DNA of 64,000 nucleotides from Halodesulfurarchaeum sp. (GTDB lineage: Archaea > Halobacteriota > Halobacteria > Halobacteriales > Halobacteriaceae): NCBI GenBank assembly GCA_034520565.1, contig JAXHNL010000002.1:608001-672000 (forward strand). The letters run 5' to 3'. Positions 20,667 through 31,582 of this stretch are shown in pieces. The position numbers were made by a program, and so were the translations under genes. Within the stretch, counting starts at the first letter, position 1, and every line of letters starts with the position of its first letter. Below the pieces are notes generated by a model. It saw nothing but the letters and a program-made list of their open reading frames with translations. It was not told the DNA's origin and searched no databases.

Positions 20667-22775
20667 TCAGTCCGCCGCGACCGGCGTCTCGGCCCCCTCG
20701 CCGGCTTCGATGGCGTCCCAGACTATCTCGGCAAGGTCGACGACCTCGATGTCGCCCTCGTAGCCGCCGGATTTCATGCCGTCCTCGTACATCGTCATGC
20801 ACATCGGACAGGAGACGACGAACTGCTCGACGTCGTCGCCGGCCGTGGTGTCCTCGAGCGCCTCGCGGATGCGCTCCTCGGAGGGCTTCTCGTCCTCGTC
20901 GGGGTCGAGCCAGAGCCCGCCACCGCCGCCGCCACAGCAGAACGAGTCCGAGCGGTTGCGCGGCATCTCGTCGAGTTCCGCCCCCGTCGTCTCGAGGACC
21001 GCCCGGGGCGCCTCGAACTCCTCGTTGTAGCGGCCGAGATGACAGGGGTCGTGGAAGGTCGCCCGGGTGTCGAGTTCCGTGCCCGTGAGGGGCAACGCGC
21101 CGGACTCGACCAGCTCCTCGACGACCTGGGTGTAATGTTCCACGTCGTCCCCGCGCTCCCAGCCGAACTGCTGGTACTCGTTCACGAAGGTGTTGTAGGC
21201 GTGGGGGTCGGTGGTGACCATGGTGTCAAAGTCCACCGATTCGAAGGTCTCGATGTTCTCCATGGCCAGCATCTCGAAGAGCCCCTCCTCGCCCACGCGT
21301 CGGATGTCGTTCCCGGCGTTTTTCTCGTCCTCGTAGAGGATCCCATAGGAGACGTCGGCGGCCTCGAAGATCCGGGCCAGGGAGCGGGCGACCTTCTTGT
21401 TGCGCTCGTCGAAGCTCGGGTAGTCCCCGACGTACCACAGGTATTCGACGGCCTCCTCGCGGGCGTCGGGGATCTCGAAGTCCAGTTCCTCGGTCCACTC
21501 CGCGCGGGTGCCCTCCGGTTCACCGAAGGAGTTGCCCTGCTGGAAGAGGGCCATCATGGCCTCCTGGACGTTCTCGTCCATCTGGCCGGACTCGGTGAGC
21601 CGGCGGTTCATCTCGGTGAACTGGGTGACGTGTTCGATCTCGACCGGGCAGGCGTCCACGCAGGCCAGACAGGACATGCAGGACTCCATCGTCTCCGGTT
21701 CGATGACCGACTCCTCCTCGCCGGAGATGATGGGGATCTCCTCGGTCTCGTTTCCCTGGAGTTCCCGGCCGTACTTCCGGAGGTCGAGGATGACGTCACG
21801 CGGGTCGAGCGGCCGGCCGGAGGCGTTTGCCGGACAGACCGAGGTACAGCGGCCACACTTCGTACAGGCGTCGTGATCGAGCAGTTGTTTCCAGCTGAAG
21901 TCCTCGATTGTGCTGGTTCCGATCTCCTCGGGGCTGGCGTCCTCCGGAACCCCGGGCAGCCGCTTGCCCGCCATCGGGTCCCGGGCGATGACGTTCGCGT
22001 AACTCGTCAACATGTGGACCGGCTTGGCGTAGGGGACCGTCGCCACGAATCCCAGCGCGAGCAGGGCGTGTGACCACCAGAGCGGCCGGTACAGCGCGGC
22101 GGCCATGTCCGGGCTCATGCCCACGCTCGTGAAGACCGAGGCGAGAGTCCAGCCGATCACGCTCACTGTCTCGAAGTCGGGCATGCCGGCTCCGACGATG
22201 CGAACACCCTCCTGGAGGAAGCCCCCGACGCCGAGCAGGAACAGCGACCAGACGAAGAGGTCGTCCTCGAGGCGGGTGTGCTCGCCCCAGAGCCGATCCT
22301 TGCGGGTGATATAGCGCTGGAAGAGCGCCATCGCCATTCCGACCACGAAGACGAAGCCCATCACGTCCACGACGAAGGAAAAGGAGAGGTAGAAGTCGCC
22401 ATTGAAGAAGTGTTCCTGCCGGAGCAACTTCACCCAGATGTCCATCTCGAAGGCGACGATGGTCGTCGCCATCAGCAGGGTCATGAAGCCCCAGAAGATG
22501 AAGCTGTGCATCAGGCCCGCGAAGAAGTCCCGATCGAACTGTTTGACGTTACTCCCCACGATTTTGGTCCCTTCGGCGATCCGCCCGACGAAGTCGTCGA
22601 GCCGCTCTGTGGGGTCTTCGCTTCCCTGGCGATACCGTTCGACTCGTCGATAGAACCCGTACAGGAAGAGCAACACCGCGACGATCGTCAGGAAGTAGAA
22701 TAGCAACTCTCCGGCGTGGGTGATCTGCCAGAACGTCTCCCGGGAAATGTCGCTTGCCTGTGCGAGTAGCACCAT
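20667..22775 (-). CDS. Membrane-anchored Fe-S oxidoreductase, HdrD/FadF-like (NarI-type TM domain, 2x[4Fe-4S], CCG domains)
   Basis: CTKCGRCTSVCP and CMSCLACVDACP, HDPCHLGR, CCGGGGG, CPMC; N-terminal TM helices with conserved His. Confidence 0.9.
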   Translation of the reverse strand: MVLLAQASDISRETFWQITHAGELLFYFLTIVAVLLFLYGFYRRVERYRQGSEDPTERLDDFVGRIAEGTKIVGSNVKQFDRDFFAGLMHSFIFWGFMTLLMATTIVAFEMDIWVKLLRQEHFFNGDFYLSFSFVVDVMGFVFVVGMAMALFQRYITRKDRLWGEHTRLEDDLFVWSLFLLGVGGFLQEGVRIVGAGMPDFETVSVIGWTLASVFTSVGMSPDMAAALYRPLWWSHALLALGFVATVPYAKPVHMLTSYANVIARDPMAGKRLPGVPEDASPEEIGTSTIEDFSWKQLLDHDACTKCGRCTSVCPANASGRPLDPRDVILDLRKYGRELQGNETEEIPIISGEEESVIEPETMESCMSCLACVDACPVEIEHVTQFTEMNRRLTESGQMDENVQEAMMALFQQGNSFGEPEGTRAEWTEELDFEIPDAREEAVEYLWYVGDYPSFDERNKKVARSLARIFEAADVSYGILYEDEKNAGNDIRRVGEEGLFEMLAMENIETFESVDFDTMVTTDPHAYNTFVNEYQQFGWERGDDVEHYTQVVEELVESGALPLTGTELDTRATFHDPCHLGRYNEEFEAPRAVLETTGAELDEMPRNRSDSFCCGGGGGGLWLDPDEDEKPSEERIREALEDTTAGDDVEQFVVSCPMCMTMYEDGMKSGGYEGDIEVVDLAEIVWDAIEAGEGAETPVAAD

Positions 22776-23152
22776 ACGGAAACCTGCCCACACTTTGCGC
22801 TTAAAGCTTTCCAAGCGTCGTGAAAGCGGCGAACGCTGCCCGAAGGTCGGGGAAATTCTTGCCCCATCTTCGCCATGTGCACACGTGACGGTCTGCCACT
22901 GCAACGGCTATTTATCCGTCCGGGCTGGCGTCTGACGCCCGCGCGGGCAGGAACGACTCCTCGCTTACGACGGCCTGCCGGTCACCAGCGGATCGCGCGG
23001 GAGCGGGGGGGGCAGCACCTGGCCCGATCGAACCCGTGATCGGAGCGAATTCATGACTCGATCGAAACCCGCCCTTGCCGATCGACGCGGACCGATTCCA
23101 GCAGGCTCGGGCCGACGATAGACCTATCCCTCGATGGCTCAGTATGCCCGAT

Positions 23153-23791
23153 ATGGGGGACCGGACCGAGGAACTGCGGGAGCTCTTCGAGTCGGTGACG
23201 GGAACCGAGAGCGTCACCGAGCGACAGCGACGGGGGCGTGGCTCGCTCACGTCGGAAAGGGAGCCATTCGAAGCCATCGCCGCAACGATCGAGGAGATGG
23301 CGGCGGCCCGCGATTTCGAGACGGAGCTTCCGACGTCGTCCCTCGTGCAGGTGGTCGCAGGCTTCTATCGCGGCGACACGGACCAAGAGATCGCCGAAGC
23401 CCTCGAGGCGGAACTCGATGGCACCCCATCCGGGATCGAGGCCGGCGACCCCGACGCTGACACCGTCGCCCGGGCTCGGCTCGACCTGCATCTCGTCCGC
23501 GAGGCCGAACGGCCCGACGAGACGGTGACCGCCCTCCTGTTCGAAATCGAGGACGGAACGGAGACGGTCGCGTCCGTGGCCGACCGCCTCGATCGGGCCG
23601 AATCGACGGTGCAGCGGTGGCTCGCCGTCCGGGAAACACAGGCCGAGCGACGCCGCGTCGCCGACCGCTATCGGCAGGCGTTCGAGTCGGCACTCGGGGA
23701 CCGCGACATCGCCGACCGGCTGACGGCGGGCCTCGAGGAGACCGGGCTGGACGAGTCCCTCGAGGACCAGGAAGTCGACGTCGACATGTAG
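23153..23791 (+). CDS. Haloarchaeal HTH-containing protein (resembles conditioned medium-induced protein 4 family)
   Basis: N-terminus 'DRTEELRELF..VTG.E.VTE.Q', 'ARARLDLHL', HTH 'VADRLDRAESTVQRW'. Confidence 0.65.
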   Translation: MGDRTEELRELFESVTGTESVTERQRRGRGSLTSEREPFEAIAATIEEMAAARDFETELPTSSLVQVVAGFYRGDTDQEIAEALEAELDGTPSGIEAGDPDADTVARARLDLHLVREAERPDETVTALLFEIEDGTETVASVADRLDRAESTVQRWLAVRETQAERRRVADRYRQAFESALGDRDIADRLTAGLEETGLDESLEDQEVDVDM

Positions 23792-23870
23792 GGTAACGCG
23801 CCGTCAGTTCCCGGCACAGCATGGGTGCGACCGGCGGCTTATTTGGTCGTGCCGGCTCCACAGTCGATTC

Positions 23871-24903
23871 ATGGGACTTGGGACCGCGACGACCGCGTTC
23901 TCGGTGGCCGCCATCGTCGTCGCGAGCGTCGCCATCTGGATCGGGAGCGGGTACTTCGAGGGGGCCGCGACCCGGCTCGCAGCGGTGTACGGACTCCCGG
24001 CGATCGTCCAGGGGTCAGTGGTCGTCGCGGTCGGCTCGAGCCTGCCCGAGCTGGCGAGCGTCGTGGCCGCCGGGTCTCCTCGGATCGTTCGACCTCGGTG
24101 TTGGGGCGATCGTCGGGTCGGCCATCTTCAACGTGCTCGTTATCCCGGCCATCGCGGGGCTCTCGACCGAAAAACCCCTCGAGGCCAGCCGCGCGATCGT
24201 CTACAAGGAGGCCCAGTTCTACATGATCAGCGTCTCGGCACTCGTGGTGACCTTTGCCCTCGCGGTCATCTACCTCCCGCTGCCCGAAGGGCCGGCCCTC
24301 GTTGGCCAGCTCAACCGCCCGCTCGCGGCGATTCCACTCGGCCTCTACGGGCTATACCTGTTCATCCAGTGGCAGGACGTGAGCGACTTCGAACCGCCGG
24401 CACCGCCCGAAGGGATCGATCGCCGGCGGGAGTGGGCGAAATTCGTCGCGGGCCTGCTCGTCATCCTGGTCGCGGTGAACCTCCTCGTCGGTGAGGTCGA
24501 AGCGCTGAGTACGGCCGTTGGGGTTCCAACCTTTCTCGCCGGGGTCACGGTCGTGGCCGCGGCGACGAGTTTGCCCGACCTGCTGGTGAGCGTCCGCTCG
24601 GCCGGGGACGCCCGAAGCGAGACGAGCCTCGGCAACGTCCTCGGCTCGAACACGTTCGACCTGTTGGTCGCCATTCCGGTCGGTGTCTTCATCGTCGGGA
24701 CCGTGCCGGTGGATTTCGCCGTCGCCGCGCCGATGTTCGGGGTGTTGACCCTCGCGACGGTCCTCCTTTTCACCCTGCTTCGAACGAAACTCACTCTCTC
24801 CACGGCCGAATCGTACCTTCTGTTGCTTGCCTACGCGGTCTTCGTCGCCTGGGTCGTGGTCGAGTCACTGGGGTTGCTCGATCTCATCAAGACCGCCGGG
24901 TAG
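23871..24903 (+). CDS. Na+/Ca2+ (CaCA family) antiporter; apparent extra G at 24072-24074
   Basis: Alpha repeats GSSLPEL / GAIVGSAIFN and ATSLPDL / GNVLGSNTFD. Confidence 0.88.
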
Positions 24904-24965
24904 GGCTGTTTTCGGCCCCGATCGTGGTCGAAGGTTTATCCCACATGACCGGGCCACTCTCCTGC

Positions 24966-25628
24966 ATGTCCGACACCGTCGCGCTCTCCGATCTCGCCCT
25001 CGCGGCGTTCTGCCCGCGGAAACTGCACTACGCGCGTCAGACCGACCGCTCGCCGCCGGTCGAATACGACGATGCCCTCGACCTGAGCGCCCGGTATGCC
25101 GCGTTTCTCGAACCGAACCCGGAACCGCTCCCGGCAGACAAACTCGCCGTGCACCCATCGACGTATCGGGAGGCACTCCGGGCGGCCCGGGACGCGCTCC
25201 CTGTCTGGCCTGCCCTTACCGACCCGCCGTGGACCGACCTGTTTCTCCGGGGAAAGGACGTCCACGGGCAGGTGGCCAAGGTCCTCGCCGAGCCGCTTGC
25301 CCCCGTCATCGTCTCGCCCGGGGCCCCACCGCCGGCGGGCGTTTGGCAGCCCCAGGTGGTCAAGGCCGTCGGTGCGGCGAAGGCGCTTTCGTGGGAGCGG
25401 GAGACTGACGTCGAGCGGGCGTACGTGGAGTACCCCCGCCACGGCGTCGTCCGGACCGTGGATCTCACGACCAGACACAAGGCGGCCTACCGGCGAACCC
25501 TCCGCGCGGTCCGGGCGATGGATGGGCCGCCACCACGGGTCGGCGACGATTCGAAGTGCGAGTCCTGCCGATTCGCGGACCGGTGTGGGGTGCGAACGCG
25601 CTCGCTGAAGTCGCTGCTGACGGGGTAA
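24966..25628 (+). CDS. Solo Cas4-like protein (Fe-S Cys pattern, degenerate nuclease motif)
   Basis: N-terminal 'FCPRKLHY' and C-terminal 'KCESCRFADRC' give the 1+3 Cys pattern; no other cas genes or array in the window. Confidence 0.7.
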   Translation: MSDTVALSDLALAAFCPRKLHYARQTDRSPPVEYDDALDLSARYAAFLEPNPEPLPADKLAVHPSTYREALRAARDALPVWPALTDPPWTDLFLRGKDVHGQVAKVLAEPLAPVIVSPGAPPPAGVWQPQVVKAVGAAKALSWERETDVERAYVEYPRHGVVRTVDLTTRHKAAYRRTLRAVRAMDGPPPRVGDDSKCESCRFADRCGVRTRSLKSLLTG

Positions 25629-25668
25629 ACTCGAGCCTGCCACGTCCGTGGTCGGGGTCTGGGCGCCG

Positions 25669-26276
25669 CTAGTGGGTCGAAAGCCAGTCCTCGATCTCGG
25701 CGCCGAGGGGCCCTTCTCGATGGATTTGGTCCCGCGCGATGTCGACGACCGTGCTTCCGGTTCCGCCGGTCGAGCCCCCGTCGAGGACGGCCGCCGCGGC
25801 CGCCCGGATCTCCGGGTCGAGGTCGGCCGGATCGGTCACGCTGGGCCGACCGCTCACGTTCGCGCTGGTGGCGGTGAGCGGCGCGACTGCCCGGAGTAGG
25901 TCCAGGGCCACAGGATGATCCGGGACCCGAATCCCGACCCGGTCGGGGCCACCGGTGAGCACGTCCGGGACGACCGGGCGCTTTGTCGCAACGACTGTCA
26001 CCGGGCCGGGCAAAAACGCCGCCATGAACGCCCGCTCCCGGTCGCCGACCGAGACGTAGTCCAGGGCCGCCTCGGGGTGGGAACGGCGAGGGAGATCGGC
26101 TCCTCGCGGTCCCGCTCTTTCGCCTCGAACACCCGTTCGATCGCCGCCGGATCGAGTGCGTCTGCCCCCAGCCCGTAGACCGTCTCGGTGGGGTAGACGA
26201 CCAGCTCGCCGCGCTCGATCGCGGCTGCGGCCCGAGAGATGGCCGCCTCGCCCGCACGCTCGTCCGGGTCTGTCAT
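25669..26276 (-). CDS. tsaC: L-threonylcarbamoyladenylate synthase (TsaC/Sua5); apparent single-base deletion at 26074-26077
   Basis: VVYPTETVYGL, K.R, LPGPVT, VGIRVP, TATSANVSG. Confidence 0.9.
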
Positions 26277-26316
26277 ACGTGAGCGGAGGGCGTCGATCCC
26301 AAGAAGTGTTGGGGCC

Positions 26317-26841
26317 TCAGAACTCGTCTCCGAGGGACGCGAGGGCGTCTTCGAGGCCGTCGTAATCGGGGAACTCCGGCCAGGCCTCGGCGACCCAGGC
26401 GTAGCTGACGGTGCGGTCGGGCTCGACGAGGTAAAGCGAGAGGCGGGGCTCTTCGACCCCTTCCATGCCGTCGAGGTCGTGAACGATACCGTATTCGGCG
26501 GCGACGCCGTTTTTCGGATCGGCGTACAGGCCGCGCATCGACTCGAGCCCTCGCTCCTCGATCGTCCGCGAATGGTCGTACGGGGTCGAGATGGTGACGC
26601 CGACGACCTGGGCCGGCCCCTCGAGAATCGTGCGATCCTGGAGTTCGTTGTAAACGTAGGTGGTCGGGAAGGACCCGTCCATGGGGTGAAAGACGAGCAG
26701 GACGGGGCCGGCCTCGAGGAGGTCGGAGAGTGCGACGTCCTCCCAGAAGGTATCGGTCACGAGCGGCCGGGTGAAATCGGGGGCCCGCTCGCCCGCTTCG
26801 ACGTGGTCGGTCTCGTCGAACTCGACGACTTTGCGGCGCAT
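26317..26841 (-). CDS. Peroxiredoxin/redoxin-fold protein lacking cysteine
   Basis: G.RAPDFT, PVLLVFHP, D....VA.EYGI; no Cys in the translation. Confidence 0.75.
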   Translation of the reverse strand: MRRKVVEFDETDHVEAGERAPDFTRPLVTDTFWEDVALSDLLEAGPVLLVFHPMDGSFPTTYVYNELQDRTILEGPAQVVGVTISTPYDHSRTIEERGLESMRGLYADPKNGVAAEYGIVHDLDGMEGVEEPRLSLYLVEPDRTVSYAWVAEAWPEFPDYDGLEDALASLGDEF

Positions 26842-27134
26842 TATTGCTCACCTCGGTTGCGATAGGTGGAATACAGGTACTTCACGATCCGGCCGCTCTC
26901 GCCCATCGTCACGCCCGTGTTGTGATCGACGATCACCGGGACCTCGCGGCTCCCCGAGAGTTCCTTGATGACGTTTCGCTCGGAATGGTTTGCCTCGATA
27001 AACCTGGAGTGAGAGGACACATCGAGGTCATCGAGGGTGCGGACCACTCGCTCGCAGAAGGGACAGCCCTGCAACCGATACAGCGTGAGGTCCGCGTCCA
27101 CGGACGCGGGCTCCTCTGATACCGCCTGTGTCAT
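26841..27134 (-). CDS. Glutaredoxin-like protein
   Basis: CPFC active site, VPVIVD, ES..I..YL. Confidence 0.88.
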   Translation of the reverse strand: MTQAVSEEPASVDADLTLYRLQGCPFCERVVRTLDDLDVSSHSRFIEANHSERNVIKELSGSREVPVIVDHNTGVTMGESGRIVKYLYSTYRNRGEQ

Positions 27135-27270
27135 ATCCCGGCCTCGGGGACGGGCGTGGAAAACCCTGCCGAGTCCGGACGACCTGGCCGATTGTGCGTG
27201 CCGGTCCCCTGAAGAAACGCTTTAGGTACCGGGCCCGGAAGTCCCGGTGTTGATGGGCATTGTTCCTGCC

Positions 27271-28606
27271 ATGACCGCCGGGTTGGGTATCGCTGCCTCC
27301 CCCACAGCCTGGACCGTGTTCGGTGTGGGCGTTATCCTCCTGCTCGTCGCGCTCTCCGGGTTTTTCTCCTCTTCGGAGATCGCGATGTTCTCGCTTGCCC
27401 GCCACCGGATCGACGCCCTGTACGAGGAGGGTGTCACGGGAGCGTCGGTCGTCAAGGAACTCAAATCCGACCCCCACCGCCTGCTCGTGACGATCCTCGT
27501 GGGCAACAACCTGGTCAACATTGCGATGTCCTCCATCGCGACGGCTCTGCTGGGCTACTACCTCTCTCAGGGCCAGGCGGTCTTTGCGGCCACCTTCGGG
27601 GTCACCGCGCTCGTGCTGTTGTTCGGCGAGATCGCGCCGAAGTCCTACGCGGTCGAACACACCGAATCCTGGGCCCTTAGAGTCTCGCGGCCGCTCGCGC
27701 TCACCGAGCGGCTGCTCTTTCCCTTCGTCGTCCTCTTCGATTGGCTCTCCCGGGTCGTGATCGGCGTCACCGGCGGGCACGCGGCCATCGAGACCTCCTA
27801 TGTCACTCGCGACGAAATCCAGAACCTCATCAAGACCGGCGAGCGCGAGGGGGTCATCGAGGCCGACGAACGCGAGATGTTCAAGCGCATCTTCCGATTC
27901 AACAACACGATCGCCAAGGAGGTCATGACTCCCCGACTGGACGTCACGGCCGTCGACGCCGATGACTCCATCGAGACGGCGATCCAGACCTGCACCCAGA
28001 GCGGTCACGAGCGAGTGCCGGTCTACGAGTCGGAGCCTCGATACGGTCATCGGCATCGTCCAGTTGCGCGATCTGGTTCGGGAGCACCTCTACAGCGAGA
28101 ACGGTGCGGCGACCCTCCGTGACCTCATCGAGCCGACCCTCCACGTGCCCGAATCGAAGAACGCGGACGAACTCCTCCAGGAGATGCAAGAAGAGCGGGT
28201 CGGCATGGTCATCGTCATCGACGAGTTCGGCACCACCGAGGGGCTGATCACGACCGAGGACATCATCGAGGAGATCGTCGGCGAGATCCTCGAGGGCGAG
28301 GAGGAACGACCCGTCGATCGAGTGGACGACCGGACCGTGCTCGTCCGGGGCGAGGTCAACATCGAGGAGGTCAACGATGCCCTCGACATCGATCTCCCCG
28401 AGGGCGAGGAGTTCGAGACGATCGCCGGGTTCATCTTCAACCGGGCAGGCCGGCTGGTCGAGGAGGGCGAGGTCTTCACCTACGAGAACATCGAGTTGCG
28501 GGCCGAACAGGTCGAGGACACCCGCATCATGAAGGCCCGCGTGCGAAAGCACGAGGACGAGGACGGACCGCCGGATTCGGAGGAACCGGGCGTCGAGGAA
28601 CTGTAG
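27271..28606 (+). CDS. CNNM/CorB (DUF21-CBS-CorC) Mg2+ transporter-like protein; apparent extra G at 28032-28033
   Basis: SGFFSSSEIA, ILVGNNLVN, GEIAPK, CBS 'VIDEFG.TEGLIT.EDIIEEIVGEI', CorC-type 'ETIAGF'. Confidence 0.88.
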
Positions 28607-28664
28607 CCCGGTACCGAGCGGCCACTGCCAGTCGCGTTTTCTCGGGGCCGAAACGGGCACGGCC

Positions 28665-29837
28665 TCAGAAGACAGCCAGTACGACCTGGAACCCGGCATA
28701 CCCGACGACGAGCGCACCGAAAAGCGAGCCGACCCACGCCAGCACGGTGTAGCCCATTTTGGACGCACTCACCCCCTCCCGACCCTCGACGGCCAGGCCG
28801 CTGCCCATGATCGCGCTCACGACGATCTCGTTGAAGGAGACCGGGACGCCGAGGAAGACGGCACTCTGGGCGAGCACGAAAGCCGGAATGAGCGCAGCGA
28901 TCGACCGCCGCGGGCCGAGCGAGGAGTAGTCCTGGGCGATCGCCTTGATCATCCGGGTGGCCCCGGTCCAGGAGCCCACGAGCAACCCGATCCCGCCCCC
29001 GAGGAGGATCGCCAGGAGGGGGAGGCTCTCGCCCACGAGCGGAATCAGCGGGCCGACGGCCAGCCCGACTTGACTCCCGCCGGCGGAGAAGGCCACCAGC
29101 CCGCCCATTGCGATCAGGAAGTGCCGCATTCCCACGATCGGGTCCCGGCCGAGGTCCCACCGGAGCACCGCCGCCACCGCGATCCCGAGCCCGACAGAGG
29201 CTGCCCCGACGAGCCCCGTTTCCGGTCCGGCAACCGAGTCGGCGACGACCCGGGCGATCGATCTGGCCCCGTCTGCACCGAGGACGTCAAAGCGGATGTT
29301 CGCCACGACCACGCCAACGAGTGCGCCGAGAAGGGGGACCGTCTGCCGGTCGCGGTCGGTCGATCGAAGTATCTTCGCCGTCGCGTAGGCGACGCCGCCC
29401 CCGACGAACGGGACGGCCACCCAGAGCGCGACGATCTCTCGGTAGGCCCCCCAGGCCGGATCGCCGCCGAGTGCGAGGCCGACCCCGACCACCGCGCCGG
29501 TCACGGTGAACGCGGTCGCGATCGGGTACCCGGCGAACACGCCGATCGCGACGAGCGTGGCGGCGATGGCGAGAATCGTGACGACGGCGGGTGGCGTGAG
29601 CGTCACGCCCCCGATCAGGCCGGTGCCGACAGTCTCGGAGACGTTTGCGCCCTGGAGGACGGCGCCGGCGAAGCCGAGGATACCGACGAGGAAGCCGGCC
29701 CGCATGACCGAGATGGCGTTCGCCCCGACGGCCGGGGCGAAGGGGGTCGAGCCACTCGAGCCGGCGCCGATCGCCCAGGCCATGAAGAGACTGGCCAGCC
29801 CGGCGACCGCGAGGGTGGCGAGTGCGCCGACACTCAT
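28665..29837 (-). CDS. PiT-family inorganic phosphate transporter
   Basis: 'AWAIGAGSSG..PFAPAVGA' and 'AFSAGGSQVGLAVG' PiT-like repeats; highly hydrophobic. Confidence 0.82.
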   Translation of the reverse strand: MSVGALATLAVAGLASLFMAWAIGAGSSGSTPFAPAVGANAISVMRAGFLVGILGFAGAVLQGANVSETVGTGLIGGVTLTPPAVVTILAIAATLVAIGVFAGYPIATAFTVTGAVVGVGLALGGDPAWGAYREIVALWVAVPFVGGGVAYATAKILRSTDRDRQTVPLLGALVGVVVANIRFDVLGADGARSIARVVADSVAGPETGLVGAASVGLGIAVAAVLRWDLGRDPIVGMRHFLIAMGGLVAFSAGGSQVGLAVGPLIPLVGESLPLLAILLGGGIGLLVGSWTGATRMIKAIAQDYSSLGPRRSIAALIPAFVLAQSAVFLGVPVSFNEIVVSAIMGSGLAVEGREGVSASKMGYTVLAWVGSLFGALVVGYAGFQVVLAVF

Positions 29838-30807
29838 CACGTGCGGTTGCACGGCGGGCGGGTAAGTGCCTGTCGGACGTGGGGTGGAATGGTTTGGAGA
29901 GGAAGACTGTATCGTGTGGGCCGGGAGGGCCATCTCTCTTACTAGGGGTATCTGTACAATGGTCGGCTACCGGTCGTCCGGATTCAGCTTGAGCCCTTTT
30001 TGGTTCTCGTGTCTGATCTCGCCCTCGAACCCCTCAAAGACGACCTTGAGCCGGTCGGCAAACTTGGTCGTTGGCCTGGTTCTGGGATTCTAAAACCATC
30101 GGATTGTCGAAGCGGATATTGTCCTTGGAAATCTGTTGAGCGTAAACAATGATTTCGTTTGGCCATCTTTGCTCTCTTGGACCGGATAGTATCCCAGCCC
30201 TCTATTTCTACATAACTCCGAAGTGAACGCGATTGTCTCCTACACTTTTCCACCAGAATTACGGTGTTGGCGAAGATTCGGATAATGAACTTTAACCGGT
30301 AGTCCATTTTCCACTATCATCAACGCCGTACTTCCGGAGTAATCTGGTGGCGTGACCTAGCGTTGATGCAGCTTACTCGGAACTCCGACAATAACTTAAA
30401 AAAGAAAGGGTAGTATGACCATCAACGGTTTCCTATATTCAAGCATCAACGTAATTTGATACGAGAGCGGTTTGCTATCCATCTGCTGTTCTAAATTACA
30501 AAGATAGATTATTTATATCGGGGTAGCTATCTCTACTATTTCAAACACCAATAAGTTGGTAATAGTCCTTCAAAATCAATCACGTTGGTCTATTCCCGTA
30601 CAAATATCGAGTATAATCCCTCTCACTTATGGCGTTTTTACATTGGAACGCTTTGTTTTTCGATATTGCCAACGCGATTTGATTCGACAGATGTCATCGA
30701 CGAACTCACGTTTTCTTGAAAAAAATAGGACTTAAATACCGTCCTAACTATCTTTACTATCTCCAACGGACCAAAAGCTTATAGGGCTCCCGCTAAAACA
30801 GAGGCCT

Positions 30808-31206
30808 ATGACGCAGCAGAAATCGCTCGACGACCTGCTCGTCGATGAGGACGACTTCAACGAGAGCATGCTAACCGACGTACTGGCCCCATTCGTGGGG
30901 ATCGGGGACAACAGCGGGACCCTTCTTCCGACGGATAAGTTCGAGGAACTCTCGGCGGTCGCCCAAACGGCTGTGGTCCTCCTCGCTCGCAAGGCGACCT
31001 ATGAAATCGGGCTATCCGAGGAGGAGGGCGCGACCCCATTGGACATCTCCCAGATTTCCGGGATCAACCATAACACCGTCAAGACGGCCGTCCGGGACTT
31101 GGACGAGATGAACCTAGTCGCTAACGACGACGGCGAGTACACGGTCCCGACCTACGACTACGACAAAGCCAAGGATCTGATAAAGAGTGATCACGATGAC
31201 CGCTGA
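30808..31206 (+). CDS. Islet gene A: small winged-helix-like protein
   Basis: 'TPLDISQISGINHNTVKTAVRDL..MNLV....GEY.V' HTH-wing pattern. Confidence 0.75.
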   Translation: MTQQKSLDDLLVDEDDFNESMLTDVLAPFVGIGDNSGTLLPTDKFEELSAVAQTAVVLLARKATYEIGLSEEEGATPLDISQISGINHNTVKTAVRDLDEMNLVANDDGEYTVPTYDYDKAKDLIKSDHDDR

Positions 31207-31582
31207 CATCGAAGAGCGTGTGGAGGATTTGGAGCGCCGTGTTGGTGAGCTGGAGGACATGCTTGAGGGCGGCACGATCATGCCATCGAAATCGGACCTC
31301 GAGGAGTTCCTTGACCTTACCTCTCCAAACACCCACGTCGAGCGAGCGACCGCTATCGGGTTCTGGCTCGTCCACGAGGCGGACGAAGGTCCCTTCATGG
31401 TTGCCGACGTGGAGGACGCCTACGAGGACTGCCGCCTCAGGAAGCCGGCCAACATGAGTGACGTACTTGCCGGGGCCAATGACCGGGGATGGCTGATGCG
31501 GCAGGGGAGGAAGGGACAGAACCAGCTGTGGATGATCACCAAGGAAGGAGACGAGGCGGTCAATGGAGGGTTCGCGGAATGA
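31196..31582 (+). CDS. Islet gene B: coiled-coil plus winged-helix-like protein
   Basis: N-terminal heptads 'IEERVEDLERRVGELEDML'; C-terminal 'GWL...WMITKEG' wing; overlaps A and C. Confidence 0.75.
   Translation: MTADIEERVEDLERRVGELEDMLEGGTIMPSKSDLEEFLDLTSPNTHVERATAIGFWLVHEADEGPFMVADVEDAYEDCRLRKPANMSDVLAGANDRGWLMRQGRKGQNQLWMITKEGDEAVNGGFAE

Noticed and set aside
24966-25628. CRISPR-Cas locus suggested by the Cas4-like gene
   Set aside because: No repeat-spacer array and no cas1, cas2 or effector genes seen in the window.
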